Part shown: positions 11,520 through 22,965 of the stretch, piece by piece | Layout of the letters: every line of letters begins with the position of its first letter | How positions within the stretch are numbered: position 1 is the first letter of the stretch | The notes under the pieces: generated by a model | Database searches by the model: none | What the model was told of the DNA's origin: nothing | Seen by the model: the letters and a program-made list of their open reading frames with translations, nothing else | Assembly: GCF_004010195.1 (NCBI RefSeq) | Contig: NC_057718.1 | Coordinates: 52,980,280 to 53,019,233 of the forward strand | Reading direction: 5' to 3' | Origin: Chiloscyllium plagiosum | Lineage: Eukaryota | DNA length: 38,954 bases | Translations under genes and position numbers: made by a program

Positions 11520-12297
11520 TATCTAGAAGCAGAAGATGAGCAGCAACCTTCACTGATTGTGGATCAGCCTTGTAATGCAGTGCTTCCAGCCAAAGGTACC
11601 ATTATAACGTAGCAAAAGTTCAGGACACCCACAGCTTTGAGGAAATGTTATAGAGATTAGCAAGGAACACAGGCAATAAACTCTATATAGAGGTAGAGAT
11701 CAGAGTACTATATCATGATGCACAATGTATATACAATGCAATGTCTTCCACTGAGGCCAACAAGGCTCTTTTTAAAAGCTGGTCACCATACCTACCAAGT
11801 CTGGGAGTTCATAATAGTACAATGCAGATAGAGGAATTATTTAATCCTTGGATGCTTTCCTTAGGAAAATTGGGAGATGCAGCAATGATAAATGAGAATT
11901 AGTGAAAGCTGCAGCATTGTACCAAGTAGGAATTGAGAATGAAGTTGAAGCAGGGTAGTTAGTTAATGAGGCAGGTTTGACATAATAAAACGTGCAAATA
12001 TGCTGGACCTTAAGGAGAGAAACTCTCATTGAAACGTAATGAAAAGAGGGCAGAATTGGAGCAATGAAGGAAATGTTTTAAAGGATGACAGCATGATTTG
12101 CTGAGTCAAAATTGGCAAGAAGAATAAAACACTATGGGCAGAATCATACCAGCTTTCTGAGTAATGTAGGATATAGCAAGATGTGCAGTAGAATTGGGTC
12201 AGGCCCACCTTGACATCAAAATCATCTTGCTGCATTTTATTCACTTTTCTCAAGCAGTGTGGTGAGATTCTCACCGAGCACCAGCACATTCAGAATT

Positions 12298-12598
12298 ATT
12301 ACAAAAGCAGAAATTGCTGGAAAAGCTCAGCAGGTCTGGCCACATCTATGGAGAGAAATCAGAGTTAATGTTTTGAGTCCATGACCCTTCCTCAGAACTG
12401 ATGGTAACTAGGAAGATGTCAGTTTATATGCAGAAGATAGGGGTTGTGTGTAATAGCAGACTATGTGTTTACAAGGCCTGACGTATGGGAGTAGGGTAAG
12501 GACATAGGAGAACTCGGGCCCAAATGTTATTGAACTTGATATTGAGTCCAAAAGGCTGCAGGGTCTCCAAATGGAAAATGAGGTGTTATTTTTCCAGA
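12298..12598 (-). mobile_element. PLE 3' fragment of a second family: GIY-YIG C-terminus plus terminus with decayed hammerhead
   Basis: Minus strand from 12598 translates LEK*HLIFHLETLQPFGLNIKFNN; the terminus ccagacctgctgagcttttccagca resembles 22634-22660. Confidence 0.75.
12364..12398 (-). ncRNA. Decayed hammerhead motif
   Basis: GTT-CTGAGGA-A-GGGTC-ATG-GACTC-AAAA-CATT-AAC: stems I and II are retained; GAAACG appears to have become AAAACA, consistent with CpG decay. Confidence 0.65.
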
Positions 12599-13580
12599 TG
12601 CCTTTTAAATATTGCAACTGTACTAGCCTCCACCACTTCCTCTGGTAGCCCATTTCACACATGCACAACCCTCTGTGTGAAAACGTTGCCCTATGGGTTT
12701 CTTTTATACCTTTCTCCTCTTACCCTAAACCTATGATTATAGTTCTGGATGCCCCCATTCCCCCCAAGGAAGACACCTTGTCTATTTACCCTATCCATGC
12801 CCCTCATCATTTTGTAAACCTCGATGAGGTCACCCCTCAGCCTCCATGCTCCAGGGAAAACAGCCCCAGCCTTTTCATCTTCTCCCTAAAGCTCAAATCT
12901 TCCAACCCTGGCAACACCCTTGTAAGTCTTTTCTGAACCCTTTCAAGTTTCACAACATCCTACCCATAGGAAAGAGACCAGAATTGCATGCAATATTCCA
13001 AAATTGGCCTAACCAATATTCTGTACAGCCACAACATGACCTTCCAACTCCTGAACTCAATACTCTGACCAATAAAGGAAAGCATACCAAATACCTTCTT
13101 CACTATCCTTTCTACCTGCAACTCTACTTTCAAGGAGCTAGGAACCTGCACTCCAAGGTCTCTTTATTCAGCAACACTCCCTCAGACCTTACCATGAAGT
13201 GTGTAAGTCCTGCTAAGGTTTGCTTTCCCAAAATGCGCCAGCTTGCATTTATCTAAATTAAATTCCATCTGCCACTCTTCAGCCATTGGCTCATCTGATC
13301 AAGATCCTATTGTAATCTGAGGTAACCGTCTTCGCTGTCCACTACACCTCCAATTTTGGTGTCATCTGCAAACTTACTAACTATACCTCTTAAGCTCGCA
13401 TTCAAATCATTTATATAAATGAGGAAAAGTAGTGGACCCAGCACTGATCCTTGTGGCACTCACTGGTCATAGGCCTCCAGTCAGAAAAACAACCCTCCAC
13501 CAATACCCTAAATCTTCTACCTTTGAGCCAGTTATGGATCCAAATGGCTAGTTCTCCCTGTATTCCATGAACTATTTTCT
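12599..13580 (-). mobile_element. CR1 LINE ORF2 3' fragment
   Basis: Minus strand reads [26 protein letters not shown] and LYRILVRPILEYCMQFWS. Confidence 0.92.
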
Positions 13581-14072
13581 TTTAGAACCATAAGACAAGA
13601 CATTTTGCCTTTTTTGACTTCAACTATCACTGCTGATCTTTGTATAGCTGATAGAAGGTGGATCTGGAATTCCTTCAGAGTTATGCTAGTCACTTCCTGT
13701 AATTCTACTGGAACATAGAACATAGAACATTACAGCGCAGTACAGGCCCTTCGGCCCTCGATGTTGCGCCGACCTGTCATACCAATCTGAAGCCCATCTA
13801 ACCTACACTATTCTATATATGTCCATATGCTTGTCCAATGATGACTTAAATGTACTTAAATGTACTTAAGGTAATCTACTACCATTGCAGGCAAAGCATT
13901 CCATACCCTTACTACTCTCTGAGTAAAGAAACTACCTGTGACATCTGTCCTATATTTATCACCTCTCAATTTAGAGCTATGCCCCCTCATGCTTGCCGTC
14001 ACCATTCTTGGAAAAAGGCTCTCCCTGTCCACCCTATCTAACCCTCTGGTTATCTTATATGTCTCTATTAAG

Positions 14073-14321
14073 TTTGATAAGGTACCCCACAGTAGGCTAT
14101 TGTACAAAATTCAGAGGAATGGGATTGTGGGAGATATAGCAGTTTGGATCAGTAATTGGTTTGCGGAAAGAAGACAGAGGGTGGTGATTGATGGGAAATG
14201 TTCATCCTGGAGTCCAGTTACTAGTGGTGTACTGCAAGGATTGGTATTGAGTCTACTGCTGTTCGTCATTTTTATAAATGACCTGGATGAGGGCTTAGAA
14301 GGGTGGGTTAGTAAATTTGCA
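14073..14321 (+). pseudogene. Inverted CR1 RT-core block (FDKVPH...SKFA)
   Basis: The plus-strand frame of ORF 13938-14420 gives [15 protein letters not shown]...RRQRVV...[22 protein letters not shown]...VSKFA inside a minus-strand LINE. Confidence 0.9.
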
Positions 14322-14861
14322 ACCTTCTTCTCAACCTTCTTCTCTCTAACGAAAACAGCCTCAAGTCCCTCAGCCTCTCCTCGTAAGACATTCCCTCCAT
14401 ACCAGGCAACATCCCAGTAAATCTCCTCTGCACCCTTTCCAAAGCTTTCACATCCTTCTTATAATGCGGTGACCAGAACTGTACGCAATACTCCAAGTGC
14501 GGCCGACCAGAGTTTCGTACAGCTGCAGAATAACCTCATTGTTCCGGAACTCGATCCCTCTATTAATAAAAGCGAAAACACTATATGCCTTCTTAATAAC
14601 CCTGTCAACCTGGGTGGCAACTTTCAAGGATCTGTGTACATGGAAACCGAGATCTCTCTGCTCATCCACACTACCAAGAATCTTACCATTAGCCCGGTAC
14701 TTTGCATTCCGGTTACTCTGACCAAAGTGAATCACCTCACACTTGTCTGCATTAAACTTCATTTGCCACCTCTCAGCCCAGCTCTGCAGCTTATCTATGT
14801 CTCTCTTTAACATAGAACATCCTTCATCACTATCCACAACTCCACCGACCTTAGTGTCGTC

Positions 14862-16345
14862 TTAGTTACTCCCCTTCTTGAACAGGGCAACCACATTTGC
14901 TATCCTCCAGTCTTCTGGCACTATTCCTGTAGACAATGATGATTTAAAGATCAATGCCATAGGCTCAGCAATCTCCTCCCTGGCTTCCCAGAGGATCCTA
15001 GGATAAATCCCATCTGGCCCAGGGGACTTATCTATTTTCACACATTGCAGGATTTCTAATACCTCAATCCCACCTAGTCTAGTAACCTGTATCTCAGTAA
15101 TCTCCTTGACAACATTGTCATTTTCTAGAGTGAATATTGTTGAAAAATATTCATTTAGTACTTCCCCTTTGTCCTCTAACACCACAGACAAAACTTCCCA
15201 CTACTATCCTTGATTGGCCCTAATCTTATTCTTGTCATTCTTTTATTCCTTAAATACCTATAGAAAGCCTTAGGGTTTACCCTGATCCTATCCGCCAACA
15301 ACTTCTCATGTCTCCTCCTGGCTCTCCTGAGCTCTCTCTTTAGGTCTTTCCTGGCTACCTTGTAACCCTCAAGCGCCCTAACTGAGCCTTCACATCTCAT
15401 CCTAACATAAGCCTCCTTCTTTCTCTTGACCAGAGATTCAACTTCCTTCGTAAGCCACGGCTCCCACGCTCTACAGCTTCCTCCCTGCCTGACATGTACA
15501 TACTTATCCAGGACACACTGTAACTTTTCCTTCGATAAGCTCCACATTTCTAATGTGCCTATCCCCTGCAGTTTCCTTTCCCATCCTATGCTTCCTAAAT
15601 CTTGCCTGGTCGCTTCATAATTGCCTTTTCCCCAGTTGTAACTCTTGCCCAGTGGTATACACCTATCCCTTTCTATCACTAAAGTAAACATAACAGAATT
15701 GTGATCGCTATCACCAAAGTGCTCACCTACTTCCAAGGCTAACACCTGGCCCGGCTTGTTACCCAGTACCAAATCTAATGTGGCTTCGCCCCTCGTTGGC
15801 CTGTCTACATACTGTGTCAGAAAGCCCTCCTGCACACACTGGACAAAAACTGACCCATCTATAGTACTCATACTATAGTGTTCCCAGTCATTATTTGGAA
15901 AGTCGAAGTCCCCCATGACAACTACCCTGTCTCTCTCACTCCTATTGAGAATCATCTTTGCTATCCTTTCCTCTACATCTCTGGAGCTATTTGGAGGCCT
16001 ATAGAAAACTCCCAACAGGGTGACCTCTCCTTTCCTGTTTCTAACTTCAGCCCATACTACCTCAGCTGATGAGTCCCCAAACATCCTTTCTGCAACTGTA
16101 ATACTATCCTTGACCAACAATGCCACACCTCCCCCTCTCTTACCATCTTCTCTGTTCTTACTGAAACATCTAAACAACAACCATTCCTGTCCCTGCTCTA
16201 ACCATGTCTCTGAAATGGCCACAACATCGAAGTCCCAGGTACCAACCCATGCTGCAAGTTCACCCACCTTATTCCGGATGCTCCTTGCGTTGAAGTAGAC
16301 ACACTTCAAATCAACTTCTTGCTTGCCAGTGCCTTCTTGCGTCAC
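14862..16345 (-). pseudogene. CR1 ORF2 N-terminal part: apurinic-like endonuclease and linker (389-aa open frame, then frameshift)
   Basis: YFNARSIRNK, AISETWL, GGGVALLVK, FYRPPN, VMGDFDFP, LDLVL, GDSDHN motifs, then DKSPGPDGIYPRIL and VPEDWRIANV. Confidence 0.93.
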
Positions 16346-16394
16346 TGAAACTTGATTTCGGACCTCCCTACTCTCAACTTTTTCTATACTTGAA

Positions 16395-17103
16395 CTACAA
16401 TTTTGGTTCCCATCCCCTAGCTCTAAGCTTCCATCCTAGCTCCCTGAATTTCTGCCTTAAATCTCCATCTCTCTTTCTACCTATGTCGTTGGTGCCTATG
16501 TGGAACTTGACTTGAGGCTGCTCCCCCTCCCCCTTAAGGATCCCAAAAACACGATCAGAGACATCACGAACCCTGGCATCTGGGAGGCAACACACCAACC
16601 GTGAGTCTCTCTCATCCCCACAGAACCTCATATCTTTCCTGCTAGCTTTTGAGTCCCCATTGACTACTGCTCTGCTCCTCTTCCCCTTTCCCTTCTGAGC
16701 AGCAGGGACAGACTCTGTGCCAGAGCCCTGTACCCCACTGCTTTCCCTTGGTAAGTCCCCCCCCCCAACAGTATCCAAAACGGTATACTCATTGTTGAGG
16801 GAAATGGCCCAGGGGATCATGCACTGCCTGCCGGTTCCCCTTCCGTCCCCTGACTGTAACCCTTTTGCCTTTTTCTTGTACCTTAGGAGTGACTACCTCC
16901 CTGTGACTCCTCTCAATAACCCCCTCTGCCTCCCGAATGATCCGAAATTCATCCAGCTCCAGCTCCAGTTTCCTAGCGCAGTTTTCGAGGAGCTGGAGTT
17001 GGGTGCACTTCCCGCAGATGTAGTCAGCAGGGACACTAGTGGTGACCCTTACCTCCAACATTCTGCAGGAGGAACATTCAACTTCCCTAACCTCCATTCC
17101 CAC
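16395..17103 (-). pseudogene. CR1 ORF1 (CxxC...CxxC zinc finger/coiled coil plus SGNH esterase), frameshifted and C-terminally deleted
   Basis: CSSC...CGKC.QLQLLE....LE..LD, followed by the esterase blocks VNGDS, CLPDA and HIGTND. Confidence 0.88.
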
Positions 17104-20100
17104 TATTCTAAATTCCCAAAGAGACTGTTGAAAAAAAAGAATAAAAAAAACCTTGTTACCTTACCAATGTGGCGCACAGGTCCTTTTTTTTGGTCAGAGG
17201 AGGAGGATGGGTGGGAGACACTACCCGAGTACAATTTCGGGTAACGCAACCACACAAATATATGACTTCCCAGAAGTCCTTCGCTCCTCCCTCGCACCAA
17301 TCAGCAAATGGAGGCCTGACTCCTGAGGTAAGTCCCCTTCAATGCAGGAAAACTCACACTTCCCGGCAGCCCTCGCTTCACCTCTCCTTCTCTCCTCGCC
17401 GTTCTGGCAATTGTATATTTCCTTGGTCTTGTTATACCCCATTGTCAAATCAGACATGGAAACTCCATCTGTTCCTTAATCAACTATCAACATCGGACAA
17501 ACCACTTTGGTTTTGGAGGTCCGTCCACCAAGCTAAAAGAGGCCAAAATGCAGCTACAAATGGGTTATCTCAGGCAAGATTCAATCTTAGAATTCTAATG
17601 TTGAATACAGCATTTTTTTTTAATAATTGAAAAAGTAGAGCATAGGAGAGTTTCCTCATTTTGTTTTCTACATTATGGGCTCCCTTTCCCAGACTGTAGA
17701 CCTATTTGGTAGTGCTGTAGGATGAAATTGGTATAACTGGACAATCCTTTCATGAAGTCAGCCTAAATAATGGCCTCTTCTCTGTGTCATAAGACATCAC
17801 ATATGATAGCCTCATCTGGTGAGAAAATCTCCAAATACATTCCAATCACCAAAGACTAGCTCCTTTATGTCCCTGTGAAGTTCTGTAGGGCCAGTGGTGA
17901 CAGCAAAGAGTGGGTGCATTGAATCACTTACTTTGGGATCTGCCTGATCATTTTTGGGTGAGAGCTCTACAGGAGAAAAAATGATCTAATGTTGATCATT
18001 TCATGGTTTCTTGCAACATTGTTCCAATTTGAATGGTCAAGCTTTAGGCATATTGATGCTATAACTTAGAGAAGACAGGAATAAATTACTAGTGGCCTTA
18101 GAATCTATTCTGAATATCTTGATGTTACAGAAAAGTTGTGTTGAGAGTGGGAAGTTAATATTAAACAAGGGACAACTGCTCCTTTAACAATTTCTTTCCT
18201 ATATTCTGATCAGAAATGCCAAAGAGCTATTTTAAAAGCCTTATATATAGATGTCTTACATATTGAAGCTTTTCCTTTTTCTCGAACATATGAGGCTTTT
18301 ATATATGTCATAGAAAATAAGCATTTGGCACAAAAGGTGTAATGAGTATTTGGATGCAGCTTTATGTGGATATACAGGAGATCTATTTGAATTCATAGGA
18401 GGCTAGTGAGGCCAAGAATATCGATGGATAAAAAATTGAAAGGAACATAATTTTGATTGACCCATTGAAAAGCATGTAAGAAAGAAAGATGCATTGCAAG
18501 AGGACTAGAATTGATGTTGAGTGGGAATGTTTGATAAGATGAAAGTTGATGAATGTTGAGTAGAATCATCAGCACAGTAAGGCTGGGGTGGAATCATGGG
18601 CAGAGAATTCCATTGATATGAATGGGGAACAGAGTGAGGAGCGAATGACATTTTGAATAACTCTTGAGTTAATGAAATGGCTCAGAAATTGTTGTACATG
18701 AAGACCAATTTAGACAAAACTCGAGAGGTATGAACTAAACCTTGCTCTGAGGCTCTGATGGTAACCTAATTAGAATTACATTACAGCAGACTTTGTCAAA
18801 ATTTTAGGGACATTGAAGGTAGAGATAAGTGAATCATTGTTGAACAAGAGCAGACGTTCAACAGCAGTAACAACACTGGTGGACTAATCAATGCTGAAAT
18901 CATACTGGTGATCTCAGAGTCAACCAGAATTTCCAAAATGCTGTATAAATTTGCATTAGAATCATAACGTTAAAAGGTAACTATGTGAAAACAAGTAAGA
19001 AATAATCCTTAAAAGAAGATATAAGTTTCTTAGGACAAACAAAACTCAAGTCATCCATTGTGAAGATGATAGTGTTCTGCATAATAAAATAATTAATTTC
19101 AGAAATCAAAGTTGTGTACCGAAAACACTCATTTGTGTACTTTGGTATTTTTTCCATTTGTTAAAATCTATTCCCTCCCAACATATAGGAGCAAAGTAAC
19201 CTGAGAACTGTAGAAAACTAAGATGTTAAATCACACACCCTAAAGTCTTTCCAATTGTTTTCTGATTCCTAACTTTTAAAATAAATATTGTCTATTTTTC
19301 AATAAGCCCTTAAAAACTTTTGCTTTCATGATGAATCAAACTGTTTTATTTATGGAAGGTATTAAACCGTGTTTCCAAAAAAATCTCTTCATTTATTGTC
19401 AACGACTGGCCTGTTGGCAACTGCTTTTATTTCTTTACAATGTGACAAACCTTTGGATCTATTCCCTTGAGCTCTCCTTCGGTTGAATTAATACAAACAA
19501 CACAGTGGTTTTAAATTACCCCATTTTAAACTAATAAGTATTGCTCTGTTGCAATCTGAAGAATGACACACACCTAAGGCAAAATTGCTTTGCATATAAA
19601 CTTTGAAAAAGCTTCTGTGCTGCTTTTCATTTCAGGCTTCTGTTCATTTAGGTGGCATAAGAAAGAAGAAACTCCATTTCAAAGGAGCTTTTGCATAAAT
19701 TGACAATGATTTTAATAAAAAGAAAATCAGATCAAATGTAAGGTTCTGCATATCTAACAATATATACCATAACCTGACTGTTTAAGAAGTAATATTACAA
19801 ATGATTTTTTTTTGGCTGGTAAAATATTATTGCTTTACCTTTATGATTGGCTAGTCCTATGTTCAGGCAGAAGAGCACATTAAGTATGAAGAAATATGTT
19901 CAATGTGTTGCGTTTCTGCCGTCAGAATTCAGGTTTGAAAGCCTTTTGTCAAACCTGATTGTAATGCAAATGTAACTGCTACTTCAGTGTTGAAGAAGAC
20001 TAATTAATAAAACCAGACGGTATTGATTTCCTGCTGACATTGATTATTCACTTAAATGTTCATCTGGCACCTCTGTTGATGTCAGCAATGATGTTAGAGA

Positions 20101-20800
20101 AAATAATACCCAAAATATATAATAAAATGATTAGTATGCAGAGATAAGGAAAACAAGGCACAGTTTCCCACTCAACTACATTCTAATGCCAAGAGTGTTT
20201 ATTATTTTTTTCCTCAAATGCCAATTTCCAAAATTTAAGAATAGCAGGAAATAAATCCTAACTTGCAGATGCAGCATCATGCAGGCTCATGACAGTTGAA
20301 ACTTTCTTCAGTGTAGGTGTATCCATCTTTGTTCCTGTTTGATGAATTCCTCTTCATCTGGCAGTATAATATCAGAAGTGAACTGCTTTTTAGCACTTCA
20401 TCCATCTTTGGGGGCCTTGGATGGAAGGAAACACGACACAAAAACTCTGAGACATTCCTCCTACCCAACAATTGGAGTCTCAGATGGATGGCCACCATCC
20501 ATATGTGAACAGTCATCATGACACCTCTTGCATAGGTGAAGGTCAATCCTCATTCTGTCTTCTAAAGAATTACTCAATCTGTTAAATTTATTGCCAATAG
20601 ATTCACGCAAGTTGATGTCTCAGTGGCCTTATTCACAATACCTTATTCAAAGTTTCCGTTGAGATTTTAAATTTTAAAAACATAGCAGAGTGGACATTTG
20701 GTCCGATAGAATGTGGATTTGGAAAATTCACAATACAAAATGTGGAGATGGCAGATTAATCAACAGGTATTTTGCATCATATCCTCACTTTAGGGGGCAT

Positions 20801-21119
20801 GGGGATGGCATGGTGGCACAGTGGTTAGCACTGCTGCCTCACAGTGCCAGAGACTGGGTTCAATTCCCACCTCAGGCAACTATCTGTGTGAAGTTTGCAC
20901 TTTCTCCCCGTGTCTGCGTGGGTTTCCTCCGGGTTTCCTCCCACAGTCCAAAAAATGTGCATGTTAGGTGAATTGGCCATGCTAAATTGCCTGTAGTGTT
21001 AGGTGAAGGAGTAAATGTAGAGTAATGGGTCTGGGTGGGTTGCTCTTCAGAGGGTCGGTGTGGACTTGTTGGGCCAAAGGGCCTGTTTCCATACTGTCAG
21101 TAATCTAATCTAATCTAAT
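20801..21119 (+). mobile_element. HE1-type SINE
   Basis: TGGCACAGTGG A box, GGTTCAATTCC B box, (TAATC)n tail; homologous to 10483-10796. Confidence 0.92.
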
Positions 21120-21169
21120 AAATAATATTTCCCAGTGTTAATTGTCAATCAGGAAATGGAGGGATGAAC

Positions 21170-22400
21170 TAAATAAATTATCACCACAGAAACAAACTTT
21201 TGAAGCTATGATTGACAAGTCCTTGGATCATGGTGGACTTGATTTTTGAGTCTTACAAGAAGTGGCTATTGAGATAGTTGAAGTATTGGTTTTAAATTTT
21301 TTAATTTCCTTAGATTAATGGAACGTTAGATTAGATACAAAAATGTCAAATGTAACTCCTTTATCCAAAGGATAGGAAGACAAAAAGATGTAAAAACAGC
21401 TTATTATGTCATAGCGATAATGTTAGAATCTATTATTTAAAACATTACAACAGGGCACTTGGGAAAGTTCAAGATAATCATATGGAATAAACATGGATTT
21501 GTGAAAGAAACAGTATATTTAACTAATTTTTGAAGTTCTTTTAGGATGTTATATGTACAGAGGATAAAGGGAAACCAGTGGATATTCTGTACTTATATTT
21601 TCAAAAGCTATTTGATAAAATACCACATCAAATGTTATAATGGACAATAAAAGCTCATGGTGTATGGGGCAACATGTTGCTATTATTACAAGGTTGGTTA
21701 GGTAACAGGAAACAAGGTGTTGTCATTTCCTGGTTTGCCAATGTGCAGGTACAGCAAACAATTAGGAATACTGACAGGATTTAATCATTTATTGTGACTG
21801 AAATTGAGTACAATTGTAAGGACATTATGCTTCAGTCAAGCAGGACATAGGTGAGACCACATTTAAAGGGCATTCTTATTAATCGGTCTTCTTATTTAAA
21901 GAAGAATGCAAATGTGTAAAAAACTTTTTAAAGAAGGTTGACCAGACTGATATCTAGGATCGATGGGCAGCCTTTTGAGGAAATGTTTAACAGGAAGGAC
22001 TGGAACCTGTCGTAAGTAGGAGACAGTTTGATTGAAACATTTAAGATCCTGAAAAATCTTGACTGGGTGGATTCAGCAAATATGTTTCTTCTTGTGGGTG
22101 AATCTAAAACAAAGAGTCAAAATTTAAAAGTAAGGTATCACCAATTTAAAACAGAGATGAGTGTTTTCTCGTCATGTAAATTTGTGAGTCTTTGGAATTT
22201 ACATCCTCAAAACAAAGTGGAAGCCCTTGAATATCTTTAAAGCACAGGGAGGCAGATTCTTGAAAGACAATAGGGTGAAAAGATATTCAGGGAGGTAGAA
22301 ATGTTTGGAATCAGATCAGCCATGTTTTATGGAATAGTCAGCAGGCTTGAGGAACCAAGTGGTCTACTCCTGCTCTTAATACAAAGATTTGGATTCATAT
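21170..22400 (+). mobile_element. Old CR1 ORF2 3' half, degenerate with deletions
   Basis: Remnants DKSLG, NVTPL, VDILYL.FQK.FDKIPH, LIETFKILK and a CR1-type end near 22345-22380. Confidence 0.8.
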
Positions 22401-22419
22401 GTGCCTCTCCAAAAAGGTA
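22347..22419 (+). repeat. 73-bp direct repeat, left copy
   Basis: ttgaggaaccaagtgg...ctctccaaaaaggta is identical to 22713-22785. Confidence 0.95.
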
Positions 22420-22478
22420 GCTGAAAATGTGTTGCTGGAACAGCGCAGCAGGTCAGGCAGCATCCAGGGAACAGGAGA

Positions 22479-22512
22479 ATCGATGTTTCGGGCATAAGCC
22501 CTTCTTCAGGAA
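22479..22512 (-). ncRNA. Hammerhead motif (stem III palindrome broken)
   Basis: TTC-CTGAAGA-A-GGGC-TTAT-GCCC-GAAA-CA-TC-GAT on the minus strand. Confidence 0.7.
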
Positions 22513-22522
22513 ACCTGATTCA

Positions 22523-22556
22523 TTCCTGAAGAAGGGCTTATGCCCGAAACGTCGAT
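22523..22556 (+). ncRNA. Minimal type-I hammerhead ribozyme, intact core
   Basis: TTC-CTGAAGA-A-GGGC-TTAT-GCCC-GAAA-CG-TC-GAT: ACGU palindromic stem III, GUC cleavage triplet ending at 22553; stem I is short. Confidence 0.8.
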
Positions 22557-22580
22557 TCTCCTGTTCCCTGGCTGCCTTTA

Positions 22581-22614
22581 TTCCTGATGAAGGGCTTTTG
22601 CCCGAAACGGCGAT
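22581..22614 (+). ncRNA. Hammerhead motif with mutated cleavage triplet
   Basis: TTC-CTGATGA-A-GGGC-TTTT-GCCC-GAAA-CG-GC-GAT; GGC replaces GUC. Confidence 0.7.
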
Positions 22615-22712
22615 TTCGCCTGTCCTTGGATGCTGCCTGAACTGCTGTGCTCTTCCAGCACCACTAATCCAGAATCTGGTTTCCAGCATCTGCAGTCATT
22701 GTTTTTACCTCG

Positions 22713-22785
22713 TTGAGGAACCAAGTGGTCTACTCCTGCTCTTAATACAAAGATTTGGATTCATATGTGCCTCTCCAAAAAGGTA
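22713..22785 (+). repeat. 73-bp direct repeat, right copy
   Basis: Identical to 22347-22419. Confidence 0.95.
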
Positions 22786-22965
22786 CTCTGCCTCTCCAAA
22801 CAACGGTGATGAACATAGGTCTTTTCATGTGTAAAGCTTACAAGTCATGTTTTAGACATTCCATAACAGAAAGTTGTATATCTTTGAAGACAGCTTACCT
22901 TTTGCCTCCATAAATCATAATTGTATAAAGCCCAACCCCTGCTCTCCCTTGTTGAAAATGGTGGA

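Larger units (their letters stand above)
13711..17300 (-). mobile_element. Near-full-length CR1 LINE (5'UTR, ORF1, ORF2, (ATGTTCT)n tail), internally deleted and rearranged
   Basis: ORF1 zinc finger plus SGNH esterase, APE endonuclease, RT C-terminus, 3' hairpin GGGCCGAAGGGCC and 7-bp tail repeat at 13711-13730. Confidence 0.95.
22420..22712. mobile_element. Non-coding palindromic PLE-derived cassette with three hammerhead motifs
   Basis: 49-bp inverted repeat 22464-22512 / 22523-22571 (1 mismatch), hammerhead cores on both strands, and PLE-type terminal sequence at both ends. Confidence 0.85.

Noticed and set aside
13711..17300. Active autonomous LINE
   Set aside because: Frameshifts, an ORF1 deletion and a disrupted RT core.
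17800..19000. Possible very old LINE remnants (also about 11600-12250 and 1200-1500)
   Set aside because: Too degenerate to support a family call or boundaries by eye.
22347..22785. TRIM/mini-LTR retrotransposon (73-bp repeats as LTRs)
   Set aside because: The repeats lack TG...CA ends, PBS and PPT, and are continuous with the flanking old CR1 tail, so a target duplication fits better.
22427..22834. 135-aa ORF and its antisense twin with similar peptides
   Set aside because: Explained by the palindromic hammerhead cassette; no coding signature.
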